A stretch of 64,000 nucleotides of DNA from Vicinamibacteria bacterium (GCA_965199715.1 OZ241322.1:992001-1056000), one strand, 5' to 3'; shown: positions 28,878-38,283, numbered from the stretch's first letter. Notes: generated by a model from the letters alone, not told the origin. Numbers and translations: made by a program.

Positions 28878-29999
28878 ATGAGCGTCCACCGGATCGAGAC
28901 CAGAAGCATCCATGCGGGCCCCCGGGATCCGGGCGGATCGGTCGCGCCGCCGATCCATCTCTCGACGACGTTCGAGCGCGACGAGGCGGGCGAGCTGCGT
29001 TCGGGATACCTCTACAGCCGGACCGCCAACCCGGATCGGGAGGCGCTCGAGACCGTTGTCGCCGATCTTGAGGGAGGCGCGTCGGCGTTCGCCTTCGCCT
29101 CGGGACTGGCCGCGCTGCATTCGCTCTTCCTCGCCCTGAACCCCGGCGATCTGGTGCTCGCGCCGCAGGATGCGTACCACGGCACGACCCACCAGTTGCG
29201 GGGCTCGCTCCGGCGGTGGGGGCTGCGAACGCGGCCCACCGACTTCCTCGATCCGGCCGATCTCGAAGCGGGGCTGGCGGAGCGCCCGGCGCTCATGCTG
29301 CTGGAGACCCCGTCCAACCCGATGCTGCGCGTCACGCCGATCGAGAACACGGCGCGGCGAGCCCGGGAGGCCGGGGCGCTCGTCGCCGTGGACAACACGT
29401 GGATGACTCCGGTGCTCCAACGGCCGCTGGAGCTCGGCGCGGACATCGTCGTCCACGCAACCACCAAGTACTTCGGCGGCCACAGCGACGTCACCGGGGG
29501 CGCGGTCGTGCTGAAGGAGGACGGGGCGCTCGGAGAACGGCTGCGAGACATTCAGACCGGAGACGGAGCGGTGCCCGCGCCGTTCGACTGCTGGCTGCTC
29601 CGCCGCGGGATCCGAACGTTGCCGCTGCGGGTCCGCGCCCAGTCGGAGAACGCCGGCAAGGTAGCCCGGTTTCTGGACGGCCATCCGGTGGTGCTCGCGA
29701 CGTTCTACCCGGGGCTTCCGGATGACCCCGGCCACAAGACCCAGAGGGATCAGGCCGAGGGGTTCGGGGCGATGCTCTCGTTCCGGGTGCGGGGCGGCGA
29801 AGAGCGTGCGCGGCGAACGCTTTCCCGGGTGCGGCTCTTCGTGCGGGCGACGAGCCTCGGCGGGGTGGAGAGCCTGATCGAGCACCGCGCTCCGGTGGAG
29901 GGGCCGCACACGAAGACGCCGCGGGATCTGGTTCGGATGTCGGTGGGACTCGAGAACGCCGAGGATCTGATCGCGGATCTCGCGCAAGCGCTCGAGTGA
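28878..29999 (+). CDS. Cys/Met metabolism PLP enzyme (cystathionine gamma-synthase/lyase family)
   Basis: PPIHLSTTF, YSRTANP, ETPSNP, VDNT, HATTKYFGGHSD, SLGGVESL. Confidence 0.92.
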   Translation: MSVHRIETRSIHAGPRDPGGSVAPPIHLSTTFERDEAGELRSGYLYSRTANPDREALETVVADLEGGASAFAFASGLAALHSLFLALNPGDLVLAPQDAYHGTTHQLRGSLRRWGLRTRPTDFLDPADLEAGLAERPALMLLETPSNPMLRVTPIENTARRAREAGALVAVDNTWMTPVLQRPLELGADIVVHATTKYFGGHSDVTGGAVVLKEDGALGERLRDIQTGDGAVPAPFDCWLLRRGIRTLPLRVRAQSENAGKVARFLDGHPVVLATFYPGLPDDPGHKTQRDQAEGFGAMLSFRVRGGEERARRTLSRVRLFVRATSLGGVESLIEHRAPVEGPHTKTPRDLVRMSVGLENAEDLIADLAQALE

Positions 30000-30209
30000 A
30001 CCCCGGGAGGGCTGCGGATTTCCGTCCTACGCATGCGTAGGTGGGCGTCGCGAATATCCGACTCGGGCTTCCCGCCGGACGCCGGAGCGCCCGGAACGAG
30101 CTTGCGCTTCCCGCCGGTCAGCGGTGACTCCCTTTCGGTTCCATAAGCCGGAAAACCGTCTGGACGCCCCGCCGGGGATTCGTTTCGAGTGTACTACGGC
30201 GGGAGGTGG

Positions 30210-30269
30210 CTACCAGTCCGCGGAGTCCTCGTCGTACGCCGAGGTCGGCAGCCGGTGCGAGTGTTCCCA
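30210..30269 (-). pseudogene. Relic 3' end of a second MpaB-like oxygenase gene
   Basis: Translates WEHSHRLPTSAYDEDSADW*, versus WEHSYRLPTNIYDEHSQDW* at the end of the intact gene (14/19 identical); upstream part degenerate. Confidence 0.8.
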
Positions 30270-30335
30270 GACCCGGGCGAGGCCGAAGCGGCGGCCGAAA
30301 CTTCAGGCCAGCATGAGTGCATTGCGGGCGATCGG

Positions 30336-30420
30336 TGCCGGGAGCGGGACTCGAACCCGCACGCCCCCGCTGGGGCCGGAGGTTTTAAGCCTCCCGCGTC
30401 TGCCTTTCCGCCATCCCGGC
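30336..30420 (-). tRNA. tRNA-Leu(TAA)
   Basis: GCCGGGA acceptor stem, GGAGG-CT TAA AA-CCTCC anticodon arm, long variable arm, GGTTCGAGTCC; followed by CCG, so CCA is not encoded. Confidence 0.95.
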
Positions 30421-30434
30421 CGCCGCCTCGCTCG

Positions 30435-31610
30435 TTACCAGTCCTGCGAATGCTCGTCGTAAATGTTCGTCGGCAGACGGTACGAATGTTCCCAGTCGCC
30501 CAGATTCGCCACATCAAGCAGCGACTTGAATTGCTTTTGGGCGCGGGAAGCACCCCACTGCGGCACGGCGACTCTCAGGATGCGATCCCCAAACTTCTGC
30601 AGACGTAGTTTCGGCAACTCCAGCTTCAACCGGCCCTTCGGAAATTCGAGCCGCTCCGCGGTCTCGTCGCCGATCAATTCCCGCGCCACCTGATAGAGGA
30701 AGGCGGCGTACTTCCGGCGCACCTTGGGCTCGCCGAAGCCGAGCACGATCGGAGCGCTGTTGATGATGCTGTGCGCCATGATGATGGCGTCATCGTCCGG
30801 GTGCGGCTCGCAGGTCGTCGCCGTCCGAAACGCCCGGAGCGACGACTCGAAGTCGGAGAAGTGGATCCGCTCCGGGATACCCATGACGAGCGCCGTGTAG
30901 CGCCAGACGTGCACGAACCCCTCGATCTCCCGGCGGGTCATGTCGCCGCCGAGGCTCGCGCAGTGCTGCATCAGCCGCCCCGAGAAGGCCACCGACCCGA
31001 GAAGCATGTGCGCGGCGCTCAGCGGCATCCCGTACTCCGACTCGTCCCACTTTCCGGACTGCCGGATCAGGAGCCGCGACTGGGCGTGCACGAGGCGGAT
31101 GCGCAGGCTCAGTTTCCAGCCGTCGCCGCCCGGAAGGATGCCGCCGGGAAGATATTGGTTCACGAGCTGCAGGAGGTTCTGCTTCAGTCGCCGGACGCCG
31201 TTGTCCATGATCCGGCCGCGGATCCGGAAGGACTTGCTGATGAGGGTCGAGAAACCCTCAATGATCGCCCCGGCGACGAGCGCCCCGAGCACCAGCTCCG
31301 AGTTCCGGAGGAACCCTCGGGTCGCGTCCCGCGCCAGTTCGCGATCGAACCAGACCGGAAGCTCCCGGGAAGCCTCGATCAGCTCCCGGAGCGACGGTAG
31401 CGTGTCCGGTGGAAGCGCGTCGTAGTGATCCACGGCGCCGGCGATGGTCTGGTGCACTTCGTGCGGGGACCGCTTTTCGGCGAGTTCCGCCACAACCGCG
31501 TCCGCGAGCGGATCTCCGATCTGCGTGTGCCGGACGTACTCCTCCGCCCACCGCTCATCTACCTTGCGGGCGGCGGCGTAGCCGTCCACGTACTTCGTCG
31601 GAATGTTCAT
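30435..31610 (-). CDS. MpaB/Lcp-like heme-dependent oxygenase (DUF2236 family)
   Basis: GDPLADAVV, RIRLVHAQSR (heme His motif), WD..YGMP, HVWRY...MGI. Confidence 0.82.
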   Translation of the reverse strand: MNIPTKYVDGYAAARKVDERWAEEYVRHTQIGDPLADAVVAELAEKRSPHEVHQTIAGAVDHYDALPPDTLPSLRELIEASRELPVWFDRELARDATRGFLRNSELVLGALVAGAIIEGFSTLISKSFRIRGRIMDNGVRRLKQNLLQLVNQYLPGGILPGGDGWKLSLRIRLVHAQSRLLIRQSGKWDESEYGMPLSAAHMLLGSVAFSGRLMQHCASLGGDMTRREIEGFVHVWRYTALVMGIPERIHFSDFESSLRAFRTATTCEPHPDDDAIIMAHSIINSAPIVLGFGEPKVRRKYAAFLYQVARELIGDETAERLEFPKGRLKLELPKLRLQKFGDRILRVAVPQWGASRAQKQFKSLLDVANLGDWEHSYRLPTNIYDEHSQDW

Positions 31611-32079
31611 GACACTTCTCTGGGCCGCGCCGTCACCGTCGCGGGAACCGTCTCCTTGAGGCCCAAGCCGAAGCTTTTCGTCTCAAGAGAGGTCTCCGGG
31701 GAAAATTCGAATCGCCGGTCCTGAGCGAGCGCGGCGTGCGCAAACACGAACATCCGCTCCACGAATCCGCCCCACGGACAGGTGCGCTGCAAATGACCGA
31801 ACGGAGAGTACGCGTGCACCGGGCAACTCGGATGGGTCGGCTGCAGCCAGCGCTCGGGGCGGAAATCGGCGGCGTCGTCCCCCCAGTAGTCGCTGCGATA
31901 GTGGATCTGGAGCGTGCCCACATTGACGATCGTGTCCTTCGGAATGCGGAATCCGCCCAGTTCGCAGTCCGCGAAGGCAATGCGCGGCAGCAACACGTAC
32001 GGAGGCGCCGCTTCAGGAGGCCGAACTGGCCGCCCCGGGGACCCGGGGGCAGCGGCAGCGACTGGATCGCAGGTCTCAA
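31607..32079 (-). pseudogene. Internally deleted cytochrome P450 copy A
   Basis: GGAGG RBS and TTG start, LPPGPRGGQFGLLKRR joined out of frame to PYVLLPR...FRPERW...PFGHLQRTCPW...TVTARP; stop overlaps the oxygenase ATG. Confidence 0.85.
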
Positions 32080-32101
32080 ACAGGCGCCTCCGTTCATTGT
32101 C

Positions 32102-33475
32102 TCATGCCCGCGGCCGCGCCGTCACCGTCGCGGGAACCATACTCGTGAGGCCCACGCCGAAGCTGCGCATCTCGACCGGCGTGTCCGGGGCGAATTCGAA
32201 TCGCGAGTCCTGCGCGAGTTCCGCAAGCCCGTACACGAACATCCGCTCGGCGAATCCGCGCCACGGACAGATGCGGTGCTCGTAGCCGAAAGGAGTGAAC
32301 GCGTGCGCCGGGCAACCCGGATGGGCCTGCTGCAGCCATCGCTCGGGGCGGAAATCGGCGGCGTCGTCTCCCCAGTAGTCCTTGCGGACGTGCATCGGCA
32401 GCGCACCCACATGCACCACGGTGCCCTTCGGAATGCGGAAGCCGCCCAATTCGCACTCCTCGGTGGTCCGGCGCGGCAGCAACACGTAGGCGGGCGACGT
32501 GATCCGCAGCGTTTCGGCGCACACGGCGCGCAGGTACGGCAACCGGGCGAAGTCCTCCACTTCCACCGGGCGTCCGCCGAGCTGCCGATCCACTTCGGCC
32601 TCGACCTTCGCCCGAGCCTCGGGATGCCTCGCCAGATGGTGTGCGCCGCAGACCAGAGCGGCCACCGGCGCGTCGGAAAACCCCGTGATGAGGACGACCA
32701 GTTCATCGCGGATGTCCTTGTCGGACTTCCACTCCCAGTCCACGACCCCCTCGTCGTGGGCCCGCACCATGAAGGTGGCCACGTCCTCTCCGCTCCACTC
32801 GGGGTCCCGCGCCCGCTCGATGGCGTGGTACACCGGGCGGTCGAGGTTCGCGACGAAGCGCTTGACCCTCCGGTTGTGGGGAAGCGGCAGCTTGGCGAGG
32901 AGCTTGCTGCCCGGCAGGACCGACATCAGGATGTCCTGCCGCAGGCAGATCAGGAAGTTCTTGCCGTCCTCGGAGGCCACCTTCAGCTCGGGACCGAGGA
33001 TGGAGTCGAGCAGCCCCCGCCACATGAACTCTTCCATCTCGTACCGGAGCTGCACCTCCGCGCCCGGTCGGCATCGCTCCTTCAGGGAGCGGGCGCTGCG
33101 GACGATATGCGCGGAGTATTGCTTCAGCTTCTCGTCCGTGACCGCCGCCTCCATCAGGATGCGCCGCTCGGCGTGTTCCTCGCCCCGGCACGCCGGCAGG
33201 CACCCGTCGAGGAGGTGGTACACCGAAGGCGGGTTGGCCCACTCGAACGTGGGCTCGCGCTGGTACACCTCAAGCGATAGATCCGCCTCGAACACGAGGA
33301 GGTTCTTCATCCCGGGGATCTCGAAGTACACGAGGTCGCCGTATTCCTTGTGCAGATCCACGACGAGTCCGGGGAAGTCGGAACTGCGCCGCCACATGAG
33401 ACCGAACTTGCCGCCCCGGGGGCCCGGGGGCAGCGACAGCGACTTGATGTCCACACTCATCTCCTGTGTCTCCAA
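32102..33475 (-). CDS. Cytochrome P450, non-canonical
   Basis: PPGP N-terminal motif, ETLR (ExxR), FRPERW, heme loop PFGYEHRICPW; I-helix GFSDAP; start may be 33460. Confidence 0.92.
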   Translation of the reverse strand: METQEMSVDIKSLSLPPGPRGGKFGLMWRRSSDFPGLVVDLHKEYGDLVYFEIPGMKNLLVFEADLSLEVYQREPTFEWANPPSVYHLLDGCLPACRGEEHAERRILMEAAVTDEKLKQYSAHIVRSARSLKERCRPGAEVQLRYEMEEFMWRGLLDSILGPELKVASEDGKNFLICLRQDILMSVLPGSKLLAKLPLPHNRRVKRFVANLDRPVYHAIERARDPEWSGEDVATFMVRAHDEGVVDWEWKSDKDIRDELVVLITGFSDAPVAALVCGAHHLARHPEARAKVEAEVDRQLGGRPVEVEDFARLPYLRAVCAETLRITSPAYVLLPRRTTEECELGGFRIPKGTVVHVGALPMHVRKDYWGDDAADFRPERWLQQAHPGCPAHAFTPFGYEHRICPWRGFAERMFVYGLAELAQDSRFEFAPDTPVEMRSFGVGLTSMVPATVTARPRA

Positions 33476-33479
33476 TGTC

Positions 33480-33936
33480 TCACCCCGCGGGCCTCGCCGT
33501 AACGGTCGCCGCCAGCATCCCCTTCAGACCGTTCCCGAAGTTGACCTTCTCGATCGAGGCGCCCGGAGCCAACTCCAGACGCGAATCCTGCGCGAGCGAC
33601 GCGAGCCCGTCCACGAACATCCGCTCCGAGAACCCGCCCCACGAACAGCCCCGGGGCTCGAGACCGAACGGCAGGAACGCGTGCACCGGACAACTCGGAT
33701 GCGCCTGCCGCAGCCAGCGCTCCGGGCGGAACTCGGCGGCGTCCGCCCCCCGGTTGTCCCTGCGAGAGTGGGTCGGGGGCGCCGCGATGACGACAATGGC
33801 GCCCTCGGGGATGCGGCAGCCGCCCAGTTCGCAGTCCGCCACGGTCCGCCGCATCGGTCATGCGGCGCTTCAGCAGGCGGAGTCCTCCGAGTTTCGGCCT
33901 CGGCGGCAGGGGCGGCGACTGGATGTCCGTCCGCAT
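33480..33936 (-). pseudogene. Internally deleted cytochrome P450 copy B
   Basis: GGAG RBS and ATG, DIQSPPLPPRPKLGGLRLLKRRMTD joined out of frame to RRTVADCELGG...FRPERW...PFGLEPRGCSW...TVTARP. Confidence 0.85.
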
Positions 33937-33958
33937 GGTCACACTCCGAAAGGCCCGC

Positions 33959-36900
33959 TCACCCACGCGATGCGCGCAACTGGACCGACGTCAAGGCGGG
34001 CACGATGAGCATCAGAACGAAGGTGGCGAAGAGAACCCCGAATCCGATCGACGCCGCATAGGCGACAAGGAACTGGGCTTGGATCGACGGTTCCAGAAGC
34101 AGCGGAACGAAGGCCAGAAACGTCGTGATCGACGTGAGAAGAATGGGGCGGAAGCGGCTCTTCGCGCCCTCGACGATCGCGGTTCGGGGAGCTTCGCCCG
34201 CCTTCAGGCGGCGGTTGACGGCGTCAATCATGACGAGCGAATCGTTCACGACGATCCCGGTGAGCCCGAGCATCGCTGTAATGGAGGTCGTATCAAGGTC
34301 CAAGCCGAGGACGAGGTGGCCAAGAATCGCCCCCACGATCCCGAACGGGATCGCGGCCATCACGATCAGCGGCTTGGTGTATGAGCCGAGCGGGATGGCC
34401 AGCAACGCGTAGATCACGAGCAGCGCCATCATAAATCCCCGGTTGAGCGCCCCGAAAGACTCCGCCTGTTGTTCCTGTTGACCGGCGACTGACCAGCGGA
34501 GATCCGGGTCCCGTTCCAGCACGTCGGCCAGTGCGCCGCCCTCGAGCGCTTCGATGACCGCTGCGCCCGAGACGACGGCGAAATCCACGTCGGCGGAGAC
34601 GGTCACGATCCGCTCGCCGTCGCGCCGCCGGATGGTGGCGGGCCCCTGGTCCACCCCCAGCGAGGCCACGCGCTCCAGCGGCACGACCGCGCCGCCCGGA
34701 GCCTGAACGAGGAAGTTCTCAATATCGGCGATAGCGTCCCTCTCGGCCTCGGGAAGCCGGGCGAGCACCGGCACGTCCTCGCGATCGCGGGGAACCCGGA
34801 GCGCCTCCTCTCCGTACACCATCGACCGCAACTGAGAGGAGAGGTCGCCGAGCGTCAGCCCGAGGGTGCGGGCCTCCGGTTTCAGCGCGAGCTGGACCTC
34901 TTGGTACCCGCCAACGTGATCGGAGCGGATGTCGAAGACGCCCTCCAGCGAGTTCAACCCCGCGACCACCCCGTCCCCGATCGGGGCCAACCGATCCGGG
35001 TCCGGGTGCGAGATGGCGATCTCGACGGGGCGCCCCAACTCCATGAGCTCCGAACTGAAAGTGAGCCCCGTAGCCTGCGGCAGCGGACCCGCTTCCTCTC
35101 GCCATCGCCGCGCCAGCTCGTCAGCGTTCATCTCCCGCTGCTCAACGTTGACCAACTTGATCTCCACGGCGGCGATGTGCGACTGCGGATTCACGCTCGG
35201 TTCCCGCTGGACGCCGCCGCCGGGGGCCCGCGTGGGCACGCCGAGCGTGATCACGGTCCCCACCAGCTCCGACGGACGGCCCTCGTTGAGCGCCCTGAGC
35301 GCACGGCGACCAGCGGCGTCCAGTTCCTCGGCGATCGCCAGCGTGGTCGCCGCCGGGGTCCCCTCGGGCATCTCGAGACGAGCGCTCACGATGTCTCCGG
35401 TCGCTGGCGGCGCGAGCCGGATATTGATGACGCCGGCGGGGATCAAGCCGATGGTCACGATGCTGACGCCGACGGCGGTGGCGAGCGCCACGGTCGGCTG
35501 CCGGGTGACGGCTTCAAGCGCGGCGTTCAGGGGACCGTCGCGGAACCACGCCAGTCTCCGGTCCGCGCCGCGCTGCACCCGCAGGACGGCGCTCTCAAGG
35601 CGGTTCGTGACCGTTCTCCCCGGATCCGGGAGGTGCGAAAGATGGTTCGGCAGCACCAGCAGCGACTCGACCAGCGAAATCAGCAGCATCGCGATCATGA
35701 TCACCGGGACGGCGCTGAGGATGTCGCCGATGCCGGTGGGCATGAAGATCATCGGGAAGAACGCCGCCACCGAGGTCAGAACCGCGAAGATGACGGGGGT
35801 CCGCACCCTGAGCGCGCCCCGGATCGCAGCCGTGGCGCCCGGCAGCCCGCGACGGCGCTCGCGATAAATGCTTTCGGACACGACGATGGCGTCGTCCACG
35901 ACGACGCCGATCGCCAACACGAAAGCGAACAGCGAAATGATGTTGAGGGAGTGCCCGGCGAGGAGCAGCGCCGCGAGCGCCCCGATCCCGGACACCAGGA
36001 TCCCGACCGAGGCCCAGAACGCGAGTCGGATCTCGAGAAACAGCCCGAGCGCGAGCACCACCAACATGAGACCGAGCGCACCGTTCTTCAACAGCAGGTT
36101 GAGCCGCTCCCGGTACGACAGAGCGTCGTTGTTCAGCACACTGATCGAGACGCCCGGCGGCAAGGACGCCCGCACTTCATCCACGTGGGAAAGCACGACT
36201 GCCGCGATCTCAAGGACGCTTTCGTCCGAAGTTCTCCAGACCTCGACGAAGGCGGCGGGCTCCCCGTTGTAGCGGGCCACCATGTCCACGTCCTTGAACC
36301 CGTCGCGCACCTCGGCGATGTCCCCGAGCCGAACCACGGTGCCGTCGCTGCGACTCAGGACCACGACGTCCTCGAATTCCTGCTGCGTCAGGCTGCGGCC
36401 CAGCGTCCGTACCCGGAGGCGGGCGTCGCTCGTGTCCATGGCTCCCGCCGAAGCCTCAAGCGAGCCGGCGCGGACCGCGCCCGCGAGATCGGCGAGCGTC
36501 AGGCCGAGCGCCCGCAGCCGGGCCCGGGGAACCTCGATCGAGATCTCGTCATCCCGGATGCCGGCGACAGTGACGAAGGAGACCTCAGGAAGCGCCGTGA
36601 GCGAATCTTCGACGCGAAGCGCGAGCGTCTTGAGGATGCGCTCGGGGACGTCTCCGTGAAGGACCAGCCGAACCGCGCTCTGGCGGTTGGTCATTTCCCG
36701 AACGCGGGGACGTTCGGAGTCAGCCGGAAGTCCTTCGATGCCGCTGACGGCGGACTCGATGTCGTCGAGCGCCCGCTGCATATCGCCGTCCGCGTCCACT
36801 TCGACAATGACCGAGGCGACGCCTTCGGCCGCAATCGAGCTGACTTCCCAAACCTGATCGACTCCGCTTACGGCCTCCTCGACGCGGGAGACGATGGAGT

Positions 36901-37114
36901 CGTCCACCTCGCTCGGCGTCGCCCCCGGCCACGGAACGCTGACCTCAACGGCGTCGAAGGACAGGCTCGGAAAACCCTCCTCAACCAGCCCCGGGCAGGA
37001 AACGAGGCCCATCAGGAGGAGCGCCGCCATGAGCAGGTTCGCCGCGACGCCGTTCTTCGCCATGTAGGCGATGGCGCCGCGTTCTTCCCGAGGCGGGTGG
37101 TCTTCCGGAGTCAC
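33959..37114 (-). CDS. RND efflux permease
   Basis: NGVAANLLM, GVVVDDAIVVSE, GIVVNDSLV, RFRPILLT. Confidence 0.93.
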   Translation of the reverse strand: MTPEDHPPREERGAIAYMAKNGVAANLLMAALLLMGLVSCPGLVEEGFPSLSFDAVEVSVPWPGATPSEVDDSIVSRVEEAVSGVDQVWEVSSIAAEGVASVIVEVDADGDMQRALDDIESAVSGIEGLPADSERPRVREMTNRQSAVRLVLHGDVPERILKTLALRVEDSLTALPEVSFVTVAGIRDDEISIEVPRARLRALGLTLADLAGAVRAGSLEASAGAMDTSDARLRVRTLGRSLTQQEFEDVVVLSRSDGTVVRLGDIAEVRDGFKDVDMVARYNGEPAAFVEVWRTSDESVLEIAAVVLSHVDEVRASLPPGVSISVLNNDALSYRERLNLLLKNGALGLMLVVLALGLFLEIRLAFWASVGILVSGIGALAALLLAGHSLNIISLFAFVLAIGVVVDDAIVVSESIYRERRRGLPGATAAIRGALRVRTPVIFAVLTSVAAFFPMIFMPTGIGDILSAVPVIMIAMLLISLVESLLVLPNHLSHLPDPGRTVTNRLESAVLRVQRGADRRLAWFRDGPLNAALEAVTRQPTVALATAVGVSIVTIGLIPAGVINIRLAPPATGDIVSARLEMPEGTPAATTLAIAEELDAAGRRALRALNEGRPSELVGTVITLGVPTRAPGGGVQREPSVNPQSHIAAVEIKLVNVEQREMNADELARRWREEAGPLPQATGLTFSSELMELGRPVEIAISHPDPDRLAPIGDGVVAGLNSLEGVFDIRSDHVGGYQEVQLALKPEARTLGLTLGDLSSQLRSMVYGEEALRVPRDREDVPVLARLPEAERDAIADIENFLVQAPGGAVVPLERVASLGVDQGPATIRRRDGERIVTVSADVDFAVVSGAAVIEALEGGALADVLERDPDLRWSVAGQQEQQAESFGALNRGFMMALLVIYALLAIPLGSYTKPLIVMAAIPFGIVGAILGHLVLGLDLDTTSITAMLGLTGIVVNDSLVMIDAVNRRLKAGEAPRTAIVEGAKSRFRPILLTSITTFLAFVPLLLEPSIQAQFLVAYAASIGFGVLFATFVLMLIVPALTSVQLRASRG

Positions 37115-38283
37115 CGGTCTCCCTCACCACCGGACCGCACGGCCATGCCCTCGACGCCCGCCTCGACGCCACCGACCACGAGCATCTGGCCGGCGGTCAG
37201 CTCGCCGGTCACGAGCAGGTCGTCCTCGAGGCGCTCCAGCACCCGCACCGGCACCATCCTGAGCCTTCCGTCGTCCACGACCCATACCTCGTCGCCCGGA
37301 CGGAGCGCGGCTCGCCGGATGCGGAAGTAGGCGTCGGGCGTCACCCCCTCCAACTCCACGTCCACGAATTTCCCGACGAGAAGCGGCGGCCCGTCGTTCG
37401 GGAACGGATTCGGCACGTGCACCACCACATCGATCGTGCGCGTCGCCTCGTCCAGAGTCGTCTCGGCCCGATCCACCCAACCGGTCCACGTATGGCGACT
37501 CCCGCCGTAGTCGGCGACCACCCGGGCGCGGATGCGCCGGTCGGCGGTTCCGGCCCGGAGTCCCCAAAGGCGCGGCAAGAGCGCCGCCGCCTGATCCGAG
37601 AGCGGAACCACGACCTCGACCGAGCCGGCGGCGTGCAGCACGCCGACTCGTTCCCCGGCAGCGACCAGACGCCCGATGTCCACGGACGCCGAGCTCACCA
37701 CCGAGTCGAACGGCGCGACCACCTCGGTGAGGGCGAGATCGAGCTCGGCTTCCGCAAGCGCGGCCCGTTCCCGCTCCACGGCGGCTTCGGCCGCCTTGAT
37801 CTGCGGCTCCCAGAGCGCGAGCGCTCCGGCGTCCGGGGCGTCGCCCCCGGCTCGATTCCGAAAAGACTCGTACTGACCTTCCGCAATGCGGGCTTCTTCC
37901 CGAGTTCGCAGCAGCTCGACTTCGTGGACCGCGACCCCGGCCCGAGCCCGCTCCACCCGGTGGCGGTAGAGGGCGTCGTCAAGGCGGAAGAGGGTCTCCC
38001 CCGCCGCGATGCGGCCGCCGCTGCGGAAAGCCGGACTCACGTAGTCCACGAAACCGCCGACTCCGGGAGCCACGTCAATTCGAGCGCTCGGGCGCACCGT
38101 CCCGGATCCCTGCACCGGGATGGCCCCCTCGCCGATAACCACGGCCTCGGTCATGGCGAACGGGATCGCAGGCGGCGGGTCCCTTCGGGCCGGCTCCGGC
38201 CGCGAGGTCACCATCACGACGGTGACCACGACAGCGCCGGCGACGATCCCCACGGCGATCAGCCAGCTCATCCATCGACTCAT
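37111..38283 (-). CDS. RND periplasmic adaptor (MFP)
   Basis: N-terminal TM, GTVRP, VVAPFD, LDEATRT, LLVGKFV. Confidence 0.9.
   Translation of the reverse strand: MSRWMSWLIAVGIVAGAVVVTVVMVTSRPEPARRDPPPAIPFAMTEAVVIGEGAIPVQGSGTVRPSARIDVAPGVGGFVDYVSPAFRSGGRIAAGETLFRLDDALYRHRVERARAGVAVHEVELLRTREEARIAEGQYESFRNRAGGDAPDAGALALWEPQIKAAEAAVERERAALAEAELDLALTEVVAPFDSVVSSASVDIGRLVAAGERVGVLHAAGSVEVVVPLSDQAAALLPRLWGLRAGTADRRIRARVVADYGGSRHTWTGWVDRAETTLDEATRTIDVVVHVPNPFPNDGPPLLVGKFVDVELEGVTPDAYFRIRRAALRPGDEVWVVDDGRLRMVPVRVLERLEDDLLVTGELTAGQMLVVGGVEAGVEGMAVRSGGEGDR

Noticed and set aside
30421-30434. Possible att-site repeat (AGGCGGCG before both tRNA-Leu and idi; CGCCGCCTC matching the tRNA-Cys 3' end)
   Set aside because: Only 8-9 nt of GC-rich sequence, and the tRNA-Cys match is inverted rather than direct; no integrase nearby
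30124-30693. Short ORFs overlapping tRNA-Leu (30124-30462, 30189-30608, 30194-30553) and the tRNA-Gly/Cys region
   Set aside because: They run through clear tRNA genes and have no protein motifs
31990-33870. Programmed ribosomal frameshifting to join the N- and C-parts of the mini-P450s
   Set aside because: No slippery heptamer at either junction, and the two copies need opposite shifts; deletion scars are the simpler explanation
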